IMG/VR virus record: IMGVR_UViG_3300025634_000001
Location: 32,001 to 96,000 of that record
Length of the DNA: 64,000 nt
Reading direction: 5' to 3' (one strand)
From: a virus
The notes beneath the pieces are model-generated. The model was not told the origin of the DNA, did not search any database, and worked only from the letters and a program-made list of their open reading frames with translations. The first letter of the stretch is position 1; each line of letters starts with the position of its first letter. Shown here piece after piece: positions 55,711-64,000 of the stretch. Made by a program: the position numbers and the translations under genes.

Positions 55711-55895
55711 TGCGCTGCCTCGTGTGCGGGCAGTTCGGCCGCGGCGGCAACTTCGGGTGGCGCGGTGATCATCGCGACCACGCGGCCCCGGCTGGTGACG
55801 TAGGTGATCCGACCCCGGATGGCGTCGTTGATCACATCGGCTAGGTGCTCGCGAACGTCGCGGATGCTCCGCTCGCACGGTTCGGTGGTAGTCAT
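55707..55895 (-). CDS. Phd/YefM-family antitoxin-like protein
   Basis: SIRDVREHLADVIN...TYVTSRGRVVAMI; TACGCT 6 nt before ATG. Confidence 0.75.
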   Translation of the reverse strand: MTTTEPCERSIRDVREHLADVINDAIRGRITYVTSRGRVVAMITAPPEVAAAAELPAHEAAQ

Positions 55896-55952
55896 GACGC
55901 TAGCGTACACAAGTAGTGGCGGGTGCACACTGGTGACACGCCGGAAAGTTTC

Positions 55953-56195
55953 TCACGCCGCCGCGCCCGGATTCACGCGGGAGCCGGGCATCGGCCTCGG
56001 GTCGGCGCCGGCCGCCTGCTGGGCTTCCTGCTGGCGCTTCTCCCAGGCGATGACGTCGGCTAGCTTGTAGAGGGTCCTGCGCCCGAACCGTGTCCCGGAC
56101 GGGCCGTAGCCGCGGTGCTTCCAGTAGCGGACCGTGGACGGGACAGTCCGCAGGCGGTCGGCTAGCTCGGCGGTGGTCAGCCACTGGTCGTCCAC
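55953..56195 (-). CDS. Excisionase/HTH_17 DNA-binding protein
   Basis: WLTTAELADRLR..STVRYW..G.GP..GRRTLY..DV.AW; GAGG RBS. Confidence 0.85.
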   Translation of the reverse strand: MDDQWLTTAELADRLRTVPSTVRYWKHRGYGPSGTRFGRRTLYKLADVIAWEKRQQEAQQAAGADPRPMPGSRVNPGAAA

Positions 56196-56360
56196 GGAAA
56201 TCCTCACAGGGAATACGTACCGGAACCCGTCACGGGGATGATGACGACAGGTTCGCATATCCGTTGGCTATATGCAACCTGTACCGGGATGCGGTTTAAT
56301 ATCCCCGTGACGAATCAACGCCAGCCAACGGTAACCCCTGAATCCGGGGACTCCCCCGGC

Positions 56361-56837
56361 ATGCGGGACGAGTACGCCGGCGAACCGGAACGCGTCCTCG
56401 CCGCCCGGGTCCGCGAGATCCGGGAGAAGCTCGGCATGACCCAGGCCGAAGTCGCCAGGGGAATGACCGCGCAGGGGCTCGCCATGCTGCAGAGCACCAT
56501 CGCCAAGATAGAGGCCTGCCAGCGGCCCGTACGCCTCAACGAGGCCGTCCGCCTCGCCGCCGTGCTCCGCACCCAGCTGGACGACCTCATGACCGACCCC
56601 CGCCAGCGGGACATGCAGGACGCCCTCGCCGCAGCGAGGGACGAGGAACGGGAGCTGCTCGGGCAGCTTCTCCAGGCAACCCACCGGCTCGAGCAGCGCC
56701 GCGCCGCGCTCGACGCCGCCGGGCATGCCGTGCGCGAGTCGGCCGCCCAGGTCGAGGAACTGCAAGACCTGTACGCGCAAGCCCAGTACACGACCGGGAT
56801 GCTGATCGCAGCCGGCGACGAGAGGAACGAACCGTGA
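56361..56837 (+). CDS. XRE-family immunity repressor-like protein
   Basis: VREIREKLGMTQAEVA..QSTIAKIE..RPVRLNEA; start may be GTG 56307. Confidence 0.85.
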   Translation: MRDEYAGEPERVLAARVREIREKLGMTQAEVARGMTAQGLAMLQSTIAKIEACQRPVRLNEAVRLAAVLRTQLDDLMTDPRQRDMQDALAAARDEERELLGQLLQATHRLEQRRAALDAAGHAVRESAAQVEELQDLYAQAQYTTGMLIAAGDERNEP

Positions 56838-58060
56838 GCCATGTCGAGGACCGGTGGTTCACCACCGTCAAGGACGAGAACGGCAAGGCCGGCAAGGAAC
56901 GCAGCGCACGGCACGGCAACGGCCGGCGCTGGCGGGCCCGGTACGAGGACCCGGACGGGCGGGAGCGGAACCGCAGCTTCGCCACGAAGGTGATGGCCGA
57001 GAACTTCCTCACCGAGGTCGAGCACTCCAAGCTCGCCGGTTCCTACCGTGATCCCGACGCCGGGAGGGTGAGCCTGCGGAAGTACGCGGAGGGGTGGGTG
57101 GATGCCTATCATGCCGACTCCGCCCGCGGCGAGCAGATCCGCCGGCAGCTCCGGCTCCACATCCTGCCGGGCCTCGGCGCTCACCCCCTGGCTCAGCTCA
57201 GCCAGCGGCCGAGCATCATCGGGAAATTCTTGCAGGGGCTGCCCATGACGCCGGCAGGGCAGAGCCAGGTCCGCATCACCCTGTCCAGCCTTCTCGGCAC
57301 GGCACTGGAGGACGGCCTGATCGCCCGGAATCCGTGCGAGGCCAAGGTGGCGAAGATCCAGCTCCCGCCGAGGCGCAAGCTCATCCCGTGGACATCCGCC
57401 CAGATCTCCGAGCTCCGCGCCGGGCTGCCCGAGCAGTGGCGGGCCGTGGCCGACTGCGGGTCAGGGCTCGGGCTGCGGCAGGGGGAGATATTCGGCCTGG
57501 CTGAAGATGCTGCCGGGCTGCTGAAGCGGCGAGCGCGGATCGTGCGGCAGGTAACGCGGATCAACGGGCGCCTGTGGTTCTCGCTGCCGAAGGGAGATAA
57601 GGAGCGGGACGTGCCGCTGCCCGAGTGGGTCAGGTTCGCGCTGGCCGCCCACATGGAGCGCTTCCCTCCCGTGGAGGTGACGCTGCCGTGGAATGACCCC
57701 AAGAACCTGAAGCGGCACGGGAAGCCGGTTACCGTCGCGCTGCTGTTCACTAAGAACGGCGGCCCGATGATGCACTCGACGTTCAACACGATGGCGTGGC
57801 GGCCGGCCCGGAACGCGGCGGGCATGACCGAGGGCGGGCTGCATCAGCTGCGCCACTTCTACGCCTCGACTCTTCTCGCCGGAGGGGTTGACATCAAGGC
57901 AGTGTCGGAGTATCTGGGCCACCATGACGCGTCGGTGACGCTGAGGGTTTACGCGCACCTGATGCCGGTGGCCGAGGGGCGTGCCCTGAGGGCGATCGAG
58001 GCCGCTTTTGAGGCCGATGACGGCCCCGTGACGGCCCCTGAGGCAGAAAGTGGCCCCTGA
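56834..58060 (+). CDS. int: Tyrosine integrase
   Basis: RWRARY arm domain; GLRQGE, K, HQLRH, LGH, VYAH catalytic residues. Confidence 0.95.
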   Translation: MSHVEDRWFTTVKDENGKAGKERSARHGNGRRWRARYEDPDGRERNRSFATKVMAENFLTEVEHSKLAGSYRDPDAGRVSLRKYAEGWVDAYHADSARGEQIRRQLRLHILPGLGAHPLAQLSQRPSIIGKFLQGLPMTPAGQSQVRITLSSLLGTALEDGLIARNPCEAKVAKIQLPPRRKLIPWTSAQISELRAGLPEQWRAVADCGSGLGLRQGEIFGLAEDAAGLLKRRARIVRQVTRINGRLWFSLPKGDKERDVPLPEWVRFALAAHMERFPPVEVTLPWNDPKNLKRHGKPVTVALLFTKNGGPMMHSTFNTMAWRPARNAAGMTEGGLHQLRHFYASTLLAGGVDIKAVSEYLGHHDASVTLRVYAHLMPVAEGRALRAIEAAFEADDGPVTAPEAESGP

Positions 58061-58335
58061 CCTGCAATGCCATCGGTAGGAGTGGTTCTTGTGCGGCTTC
58101 CGGCCCCGCCTGCGGCCCGATCCGGGGTGCCGTTCTGGCCTGCAACTTCAGACGTTGGCTAGCGTTGGAAACGTTGGGGCGGGTTAGGCGCTGTCACGTC
58201 CCCCCGACGGCCCCAGTCCGGACCGGCCTCCGCCGGCGTCCTGTCCCCGTGATGCCACCGGAACGGATGAGCCCAGAGATTCCACCGGGCCACATGAGGC
58301 CACTGGGTGGGCCGGTCCGGATGAGTCCTGCCGGT
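58019..58335. other. Candidate attP region
   Basis: Non-coding gap after int; GACGGCCCC/GGCCCCTGA repeats at 58019-58060 and about 58206. Confidence 0.45.
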
Positions 58336-58544
58336 CAAACAGTCCAGCGCATCACCCAGTACGGCAGCGCAGGCGAGTCCAGCGGGTGCCGCGGCGAAAG
58401 GTCAACGTCGATCACCGGACGGCGGGCCACAACCCTGGTGAGCGCCGCCCCGAGGAGCGCCGCGGCGCCGATGTCGAGTTCCCCGGAGAGCTCGACGACG
58501 ACGAGCCTGCGGGGATCGCGGGCGGACAGCTCCGTGCCGGTCAT
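58335..58544 (-). CDS. Truncated STAS/anti-sigma-factor antagonist-like protein
   Basis: VVVELSGELDI..A.LL....IDVDLS...LDS; AAGGAAGG RBS. Confidence 0.65.
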   Translation of the reverse strand: MTGTELSARDPRRLVVVELSGELDIGAAALLGAALTRVVARRPVIDVDLSPRHPLDSPALPYWVMRWTV

Positions 58545-58713
58545 GGGCGTCCTTCCTTGCTGGGCGGCAAGGCGGGGTCCGGGCCGTGCGTCGGGTGTGG
58601 GACGGGATGCTACTGCATCGCGCGGAGGGGCGGAAGAGATGCAGCGAGGGCAGGGAGCAGGGCGAGGCAAATTGTCCCGTTTCCGGGAATCGGCTGGCGC
58701 GGCAGCCGTGAGG

Positions 58714-59412
58714 TCAGGCTAGCGGAGTAGCGGCCCGGACTTGCGCTAGGCGTTCCCTCGTCACGTCGGCCGCGTCATCCATGCTCGCCTCGTACTCGCG
58801 GATCACGCCGAGGATCGCCGCCTCGCTGGCCGGTCGCAGATCCCAGGCGTCAAGCCCGGCATGGACCTCCCGGCCGCGCGGATGCGGTTTGCCTGGCCCT
58901 CCGGTCGCGGGATCCATGATCGTCAGATAGCGCGGGTGCGGCCCGAGCCGGTTCTGCAGGTGGGTGTGGCCGTGGATCAGCCACGCGCCCTCGTCCCGCA
59001 GCCGGTACTGCGTGGCCCGGTCCTCGCCGACGTGATCGCCCTCGTAGGGGAAGTGTGACAGCAGCACCTGGCGCCCGTCGATGCGTATCCGCGCGAACGC
59101 CTGCACCGACTCGAAGACCTCGAGCCAGCGGCGCTGATGCTTCCGCGAGTCCCGGTGACCCGGCCAGCATGCGTCGTGGTTGCCGGTGATGAGCTGCTTG
59201 CGCCCGTTCAGCCGCGCGGCCTGCTCGAGTATCAGCGTCTCGCTACCGAGGCCTACGTCTCCCAGATGCCACACGAGGTCATCGGGGCGCACCATCTCGT
59301 TCCATCGGTCGATGATGGCCTCGTCGTGCTCCTCTGGGGTGTCGAAGCCACGCAGGGCCGCCACGAACCGGTGAAGGAAGTGGCTATCCGACGAGAACCA
59401 GACTGCGCTCAC
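58714..59412 (-). CDS. Calcineurin-like metallophosphoesterase
   Basis: SDSHF.H, HLGD, GNHD, SHFP, HGHTH. Confidence 0.92.
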   Translation of the reverse strand: MSAVWFSSDSHFLHRFVAALRGFDTPEEHDEAIIDRWNEMVRPDDLVWHLGDVGLGSETLILEQAARLNGRKQLITGNHDACWPGHRDSRKHQRRWLEVFESVQAFARIRIDGRQVLLSHFPYEGDHVGEDRATQYRLRDEGAWLIHGHTHLQNRLGPHPRYLTIMDPATGGPGKPHPRGREVHAGLDAWDLRPASEAAILGVIREYEASMDDAADVTRERLAQVRAATPLA

Positions 59413-59618
59413 GATCTCTCATTCCCCGTCTCCAGGCCGGCCAGCATCGCGCCCGCGGTCCCCCGGTCGGTAACCTGCTCACGGCGGATCGTGAACTGCT
59501 CGCTCGTGCAGTAGCGGTCCACGTTGCCGCCCACGTGCTCGAGGAGGTCTCCCGGTCCGGGCTTCACGCGGCGGCGGTGGGCGGTGCACACGATGGTGAT
59601 GGTCCCGGGCTCAGGCAC
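59409..59618 (-). CDS. Hypothetical protein
   Basis: Overlapping start/stop chain. Confidence 0.55.
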   Translation of the reverse strand: MPEPGTITIVCTAHRRRVKPGPGDLLEHVGGNVDRYCTSEQFTIRREQVTDRGTAGAMLAGLETGNERS

Positions 59619-59862
59619 CGCCGGCCGCCTCGTTCGCTTCCTTCATCGCTGCTGCGAGCTCGTCCAGCCGTCCCCGGAGAGCACCGACCGCGCGGGCGTG
59701 AAGCTCGCGATCCTCAGGCGTGTACATGTTCACGTGCTCCAGCATCTGGAGGGCGTGGTCGGCGATCAGGCCGAGCTGGACCATGATGCCGTGGTCGGTG
59801 TCGATGTGCTCGCGGAGCCGGGCGATCTCCGTCATCACGTCCTCGCTGGCGTATTCAGCCAT
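59611..59862 (-). CDS. Hypothetical protein
   Basis: GGAAGG RBS; coupled. Confidence 0.6.
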   Translation of the reverse strand: MAEYASEDVMTEIARLREHIDTDHGIMVQLGLIADHALQMLEHVNMYTPEDRELHARAVGALRGRLDELAAAMKEANEAAGGA

Positions 59863-60196
59863 GCTCGGCACCTTCCCCTCCGCGCAGCTCGCGCCAGTCC
59901 GGCAGTGCCTCGCCTCGCTCGATCCGCCTCAGGCTGATGTCCATGCTTCCCCACGGGCCCGCGTTCCCGGAGCACTGGCGGTTCACGTGGTGAAGGTGCA
60001 GGATCTCGCGGGCCATCCTGCGGCATACTTCGCGCTCGATGAGCGGATAGGCAGCAGCGACGGCAGCCTCGGCCAGCGCCCCGGAATCGCCGGCCACTAC
60101 GCGATCCTGGCCGAAGTCGACAGCCGTGCCGATGATAGCGGCCTCGGCCGCGTCCCGGATCTTACGGGAGAGCCTAGGCTTCTGTTCAGCTTCCAT
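59855..60196 (-). CDS. Hypothetical protein
   Basis: Coupled ORF chain. Confidence 0.55.
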   Translation of the reverse strand: MEAEQKPRLSRKIRDAAEAAIIGTAVDFGQDRVVAGDSGALAEAAVAAAYPLIEREVCRRMAREILHLHHVNRQCSGNAGPWGSMDISLRRIERGEALPDWRELRGGEGAEHG

Positions 60197-60452
60197 CGCC
60201 AGCCCCCCCGGTCAGCTCGCGGGTGATGGCCTCGCGGACGTCGCCGACAGTCAGGACGCGCTCGCGGTGCCGGTCGTTGCCTGTGCTGTCGCGGGTCAGC
60301 GCCAGTACCGCGTCTACAGCAGACAGGAGGCGGAGCGCGTTGTGGCCGAGACAGGACACCCGGACCTCTGCGCAGTCCTCATCGGAGTCGATGATGAAGC
60401 CCTCGGCGTCGGCCCGGATACCGGCCAGGATGGCGGTCAGGTCGTCACTCAC
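60186..60452 (-). CDS. Hypothetical protein
   Basis: GAGG RBS; coupled. Confidence 0.55.
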   Translation of the reverse strand: MSDDLTAILAGIRADAEGFIIDSDEDCAEVRVSCLGHNALRLLSAVDAVLALTRDSTGNDRHRERVLTVGDVREAITRELTGGAGDGS

Positions 60453-60942
60453 AGGTGCTCACCTCACTGAAAGCTTCTGGGTGTGCGTCCTTGAACGTCT
60501 GCCACTTCGCCGGAACCAGGTCGTTGATCTTGTCGAGCACCTGCTCGAGGCTCAGGCGCTCGTCGCTGTTCCAGGGCGGGATCATGCACGGGCCGGTCTG
60601 CCATGACGCGCGCCGGTAGCACCAGCCGCCCTTGGCGCGCTTCTGCAGGATGACCGTGTTCGTCGTCCCGTCGACGTCGAGCGGGCGCTTGCGCATCCCG
60701 GCTTTCCAGTTCTCGTTGTAATAGAGCATGCGGTACTCGATGTAGGCCACGACCTGGCGGACCTCGGCGTCGTCAGGACGCAGCGACGGGTAGAGATCCT
60801 GGCCGGCCGGGGAGTCGGGGCAGAGCAGCGCCACCTCGTACTTCCATCCGGGCCACGGGCTGCCGACAACAGGGATTCGTAGCGCGGCCAGCGGGTCATC
60901 CTGGTAGGCATCGAACGGCCATGCGGCGGTCTCGGTGTCCAT
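60445..60942 (-). CDS. Hypothetical protein
   Basis: AAAGGA RBS; 165 aa. Confidence 0.65.
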   Translation of the reverse strand: MDTETAAWPFDAYQDDPLAALRIPVVGSPWPGWKYEVALLCPDSPAGQDLYPSLRPDDAEVRQVVAYIEYRMLYYNENWKAGMRKRPLDVDGTTNTVILQKRAKGGWCYRRASWQTGPCMIPPWNSDERLSLEQVLDKINDLVPAKWQTFKDAHPEAFSEVSTCE

Positions 60943-60945
60943 GCT

Positions 60946-61168
60946 CTATTCCTTTCCCGCCCTGGGGGCGGATGGCTGATCGGCTCGTGCGTTCAGCACG
61001 GCAAGGCACTCCAGGCAGTCGGGCTTGCCTTCGCTTGCTGCCGCCCCTCATGGTCACGACGTAGCCACACAAGGTCGGGTCGTTGAGTGCTTCCGGGTCC
61101 GGTTCGGCACCGGCAGGGAGCGCGCACCAGCCGTCGCGGTGGTGGACGATCCAGGGCTTCGCGCTCAT
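60946..61168 (-). pseudogene. Small zinc-binding protein with apparent 1-nt frameshift
   Basis: HH..C..TLCG in one frame, KPDCLECL..GKE* in the next; span is 3n+1. Confidence 0.55.
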
Positions 61169-61587
61169 GTCGCTACTCCTGCCCCGTAGTGCTGACCGGC
61201 CCACGTCGCGGCGTCATCGTCCCGGCAGTCCTCAGTGCAGAACGGGTGGCCGGACTGGTCAGTCACCGGAGTGCCTGTGATGGGCTCGTCGCAGCGGCAG
61301 ACGGGGACCAGGCGCAGGCGCCCGCTCTCGCGCCACGCCGAGCCGCGGGAGTCCAGCAGGAATAGCTGCTCGTTCCCGTCGCCGAACCGGGCAGTGACGG
61401 AGCACAGGCGGGCCTCGGTCACGGTGCCGTAGTGGACGGCTCCGGACTCAAGCGGGTTTCCTGCGTCTTCGTGCTCTACTGCGGCTACTTCCTGGTGCTG
61501 GCGGAAGGGGGTGAGGTCCAGCAGCTTGACGCGGTTGTCGTGGGCGATGATGTAGGGCATCGGGTCTGCGGGGTGAAGGGTGGTCAT
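61165..61587 (-). CDS. Hypothetical protein with C-terminal zinc finger
   Basis: CRC...FCTEDC; GGAGG RBS. Confidence 0.65.
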   Translation of the reverse strand: MTTLHPADPMPYIIAHDNRVKLLDLTPFRQHQEVAAVEHEDAGNPLESGAVHYGTVTEARLCSVTARFGDGNEQLFLLDSRGSAWRESGRLRLVPVCRCDEPITGTPVTDQSGHPFCTEDCRDDDAATWAGQHYGAGVAT

Positions 61588-61590
61588 GGC

Positions 61591-61878
61591 TTATGCCTCC
61601 GTCTTCGTGGTGACGATGAGCCGGCAGGCCTGCGCGTCGGTCTCGACCGCGTAGCCGTGCATGCTGAGTACCCGCTCGTATCTGGCGAGGTGCATCAGGC
61701 GGTGCTCGTTGCTGGTGCCCATCGAGACGGACGAGTAGCGGACCTCTACGTCAGGTCCGGCGCCGTACTTCGAGACGCTATAGCCGGACACGCCGCCGCG
61801 CAGCAGCGAGATAGCGCGAACGAATCCGGCTTTCCGGAGCAAGGCGCTGATGGCCTGCGGGGTGGGGGCATTGGTCAC
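61591..61878 (-). CDS. Hypothetical protein
   Basis: GAGGAGG RBS. Confidence 0.65.
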   Translation of the reverse strand: MTNAPTPQAISALLRKAGFVRAISLLRGGVSGYSVSKYGAGPDVEVRYSSVSMGTSNEHRLMHLARYERVLSMHGYAVETDAQACRLIVTTKTEA

Positions 61879-61881
61879 GGA

Positions 61882-62121
61882 TCAGCCCTCCTCGGTCGGC
61901 TGGAAGGCGGACAGCGCGTCCATTACCTCAATGTCACGGGCCAGCTTCAAGGCGTCGTCCAGAACCGACCGCAAGCGCGGAGTGCGGGCCCGGTCCAGAT
62001 CCTGCAAGATGTAGCCCGCGTTGGCCAGAAGCCTCTCGGCGGCCTCCTGTACTGCCAGCGCCCGCGTCAGGTACGCATCGCGCGCAAGGCCGGGAGGGGT
62101 GACGGGGTGCGGGGCGCTCAT
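61882..62121 (-). CDS. Hypothetical protein
   Basis: AAAGG RBS. Confidence 0.6.
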   Translation of the reverse strand: MSAPHPVTPPGLARDAYLTRALAVQEAAERLLANAGYILQDLDRARTPRLRSVLDDALKLARDIEVMDALSAFQPTEEG

Positions 62122-62124
62122 GGC

Positions 62125-62436
62125 TCAGGCCGCCTTTCCGGCGTCGTAGCGGGCCGTGTCGAAGTAGCGGACGCCGGCCCTCTCGCTGGCGGGGGTGATC
62201 GCGTACTGACCGGCCAGCAGCAGGCCGACCGTGATCCGCACCTCGCTGCCGTTGCTGGAGACGGCCAGATGGCAGCGGTTGATGTCGGCGTGGTCGTGCT
62301 GCTGCGGGGTCATGACGACGGCGGGGAAGCTGATCCGCCGGCCGGAGACTTCTACGGAGTCGCCGCGCTGGAAGCTGGCGAGGTGGGCGTAGGCGTCCTC
62401 GGCCCGGGTGAGCTTGGTGTCTGTGGTGGTGGTCAC
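62125..62436 (-). CDS. Hypothetical protein
   Basis: GAGAGG RBS, GTG start MTTTTDTK. Confidence 0.6.
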   Translation of the reverse strand: MTTTTDTKLTRAEDAYAHLASFQRGDSVEVSGRRISFPAVVMTPQQHDHADINRCHLAVSSNGSEVRITVGLLLAGQYAITPASERAGVRYFDTARYDAGKAA

Positions 62437-62440
62437 GGGG

Positions 62441-62695
62441 TCAGGCCCTCTCGTTCGCCGCGCGCATTGCGTTGAGCATCTGGCGCTTCTCGGCCTCAAG
62501 CTTGTTCTGGTCAATACCGGCCCACTCGGCGAGCAAGTCGCGGATGCTCGCGTCGAACTGGCGCGGGAAGTTCATGCCATCGACGTAATGGGCCAGGAAG
62601 GCTCCCTTGCCCTCCAGCCATTCCATGAACTCGCCGATGGCCTGCGTTTGCTCAGCGACCGCAGACAGCTTGTCGTGCTCGGGGTAGTCGCTCAT
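62441..62695 (-). CDS. Hypothetical protein
   Basis: MSDYPEHDKL..QAIGEFMEWL..GID..LEAEK; GGAGG RBS. Confidence 0.7.
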   Translation of the reverse strand: MSDYPEHDKLSAVAEQTQAIGEFMEWLEGKGAFLAHYVDGMNFPRQFDASIRDLLAEWAGIDQNKLEAEKRQMLNAMRAANERA

Positions 62696-62697
62696 GG

Positions 62698-62925
62698 CTA
62701 GGCCTCCATCGCGGCGAGGTGGTCGGCCATCTCGTGGCCGCTGTGGCGGGTCCAGCCGCAGGTGCACCACGGCGGCAGGCCGCCCGCTGCCGGCACGGTG
62801 GCCACGTGCTCTTCCATGAAGTGCTCGGGGCTGACGATCGGGTTGCCGTAGTAGTTGAGGGTCAGCGAGTCGTCGGTGTTGTGCTCGTAAGCCCATTCAG
62901 GATACTTGCCAGTCGCGCTTGCCAT
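62698..62925 (-). CDS. Small zinc-binding protein, first gene of the leftward early operon
   Basis: H..CTCG..H; leaderless start. Confidence 0.6.
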   Translation of the reverse strand: MASATGKYPEWAYEHNTDDSLTLNYYGNPIVSPEHFMEEHVATVPAAGGLPPWCTCGWTRHSGHEMADHLAAMEA

Positions 62926-62982
62926 ATGAGAAACGTACCAGCCTCTACCCGCGCTTGTCAACTGGGGAGTACAATCGGTGAC
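62926..62982. promoter_or_regulatory. Divergent leaderless promoters
   Basis: Minus: TTGACA-18-TACGTT-6-ATG; plus: TACAAT-7-ATG. Confidence 0.7.
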
Positions 62983-63177
62983 ATGGAATACGACACGCGC
63001 CACGTCCTCGGCGCGCATGAGATCGGTGAGCTGCTGGGCGTGACCCGTTCGCGCGCCAACCAGCTCTCCCGCGAGGTCGGCTTTCCGAAGCCGCTCGGAG
63101 TGCTGCACATGGGCAAGGTCTGGAGACGCGCCGACATCGAGAAATGGATGGGCAGGCGCAAGGCCCCGGCCGGCTAG
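62983..63177 (+). CDS. AlpA-like HTH regulator
   Basis: LGAHEIGELLGVTRSRANQL..FPKP..GKVW..DIEKW. Confidence 0.8.
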   Translation: MEYDTRHVLGAHEIGELLGVTRSRANQLSREVGFPKPLGVLHMGKVWRRADIEKWMGRRKAPAG

Positions 63178-63324
63178 CCCGCAGCTGTCCCCGACAGAAA
63201 ACGACAGGACCGGCGCCCAACCGCAAAGAAGAACGCCGGCCCTGCCCACTCCCTTCTCAAGGAGCGTGCTCAGTATGCCATTTGACCCTGCCCGGACTCC
63301 GCGCGCCGTCAGGGAGTTACCGGG

Positions 63325-63849
63325 GTGGCTTGCGGCCTTGGCCTGCCCGATGCACAGGACTGCGCCGCTGATCACTGGTCGCTCGCACTAGACGGACGCC
63401 GCGAGCCGAACGGGCAGTGGCGTGCGCCGTGCCCTGTTCCCGGCTGCGGCACGCTGCGGTCTCTGGAATACGACGCACCGGGCAAGCATGTGCGGTGGAA
63501 GTCATGGTGTGGCGAGCATGACAAGGAAGCGGTGCGCCCGCACCTTGCCCGGCTCATCGGCTCTTGCATGCCCGGAGGCAGCCGCCGCGAGGTGATCAGC
63601 CATGACGAACTTATCGAACTGGCGCTAGCCGGCGTGCCGCCCATGACCATGAAGCTGATGATGCTGCGGCTGGCCGGACTCGGCACGATCGAAGCACTCG
63701 ACAAGCTCGGCGTACGGCCCGACCATCGGGCGCGGGTCATCGGAGGCCGCACGGGCGGCGCGCCCAAACGGGCGCGGAACCGCAGGTCGTTACTCACGCC
63801 CAAATGGGCGGGCTGCAATACGCCCAAATGGGCGCGGGATCGCAGGTAA
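63325..63849 (+). CDS. Protein with primase-type zinc-binding-like N-domain
   Basis: WRAPCPVPGC..RSL....WC..H; basic repetitive C-terminus. Confidence 0.5.
   Translation: MACGLGLPDAQDCAADHWSLALDGRREPNGQWRAPCPVPGCGTLRSLEYDAPGKHVRWKSWCGEHDKEAVRPHLARLIGSCMPGGSRREVISHDELIELALAGVPPMTMKLMMLRLAGLGTIEALDKLGVRPDHRARVIGGRTGGAPKRARNRRSLLTPKWAGCNTPKWARDRR
63761..63834. repeat. Three palindromic CGCCCAAAYGGGCG repeats
   Basis: At 63761, 63797 and 63821. Confidence 0.8.
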
Positions 63850-63944
63850 ATCGAGGGATGTTCTGGCTTGCTTCCTGCTGCTACTCTCATCCCGCCGGTA
63901 GGCGGCGTAAGGACTAGGCTCGGCAGCGAAGGGAGGTGAGAGTC

Positions 63945-64000
63945 ATGGGCAACATCACGGTGAGCAGGTACGACCACCCGGCCGACGTGGGCTATCAGGG
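63945..64000 (+). CDS. Hypothetical protein, truncated by window edge
   Basis: GGAGGTG RBS; MGNITVSRYDHP. Confidence 0.6.
   Translation, partial: MGNITVSRYDHPADVGYQ

Noticed and set aside
1-64000. tRNA, rRNA genes or host chromosomal flank
   Set aside because: No cloverleaf/T-loop patterns or housekeeping genes recognised; phage-type genes run to both edges.

Overview
About 64 kb of a high-GC temperate siphovirus-like actinobacteriophage. It appears to be the unintegrated form, because phage genes flank both sides of the integrase. A BldC homologue suggests a filamentous actinomycete host (inference). Left arm (+ strand): ParB-like protein, C5-cytosine methyltransferase, terminase small and large subunits, an intein-containing portal, NUDIX-MuF, XkdF-type protease, scaffold, major capsid protein, a glycosyltransferase/methyltransferase cassette, a Pro/Arg-repeat fibre, neck genes, tail tube, frameshifted tail chaperones, tape measure, minor tail and tailspike genes, and a lysis cassette. 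Then follow a solo TnpB, secreted proteins, a BldC fusion, an N4/N6 methyltransferase with SNF2 helicase, MazG-like protein, xis/repressor/tyrosine integrase, and a leftward run of small early genes. Most notable: (1) a transposase-less TnpB sitting in the first codons of a phage gene, whose predicted guide is the original gene start, with a recoded duplicate start on its other side, as expected for an RNA-guided homing endonuclease; (2) a BldC fused to an RNA-polymerase alpha-CTD-like domain with a heavily recoded BldC part, plus a mini STAS protein; (3) structural genes split mid-domain by inserts that supply new stop and start signals, most clearly a NUDIX domain; (4) leaderless antisense genes packed stop-to-stop into the late operon; (5) AT-rich synonymous recoding patches in conserved gene segments. 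All assignments come from motif recognition by eye; no searches were run.
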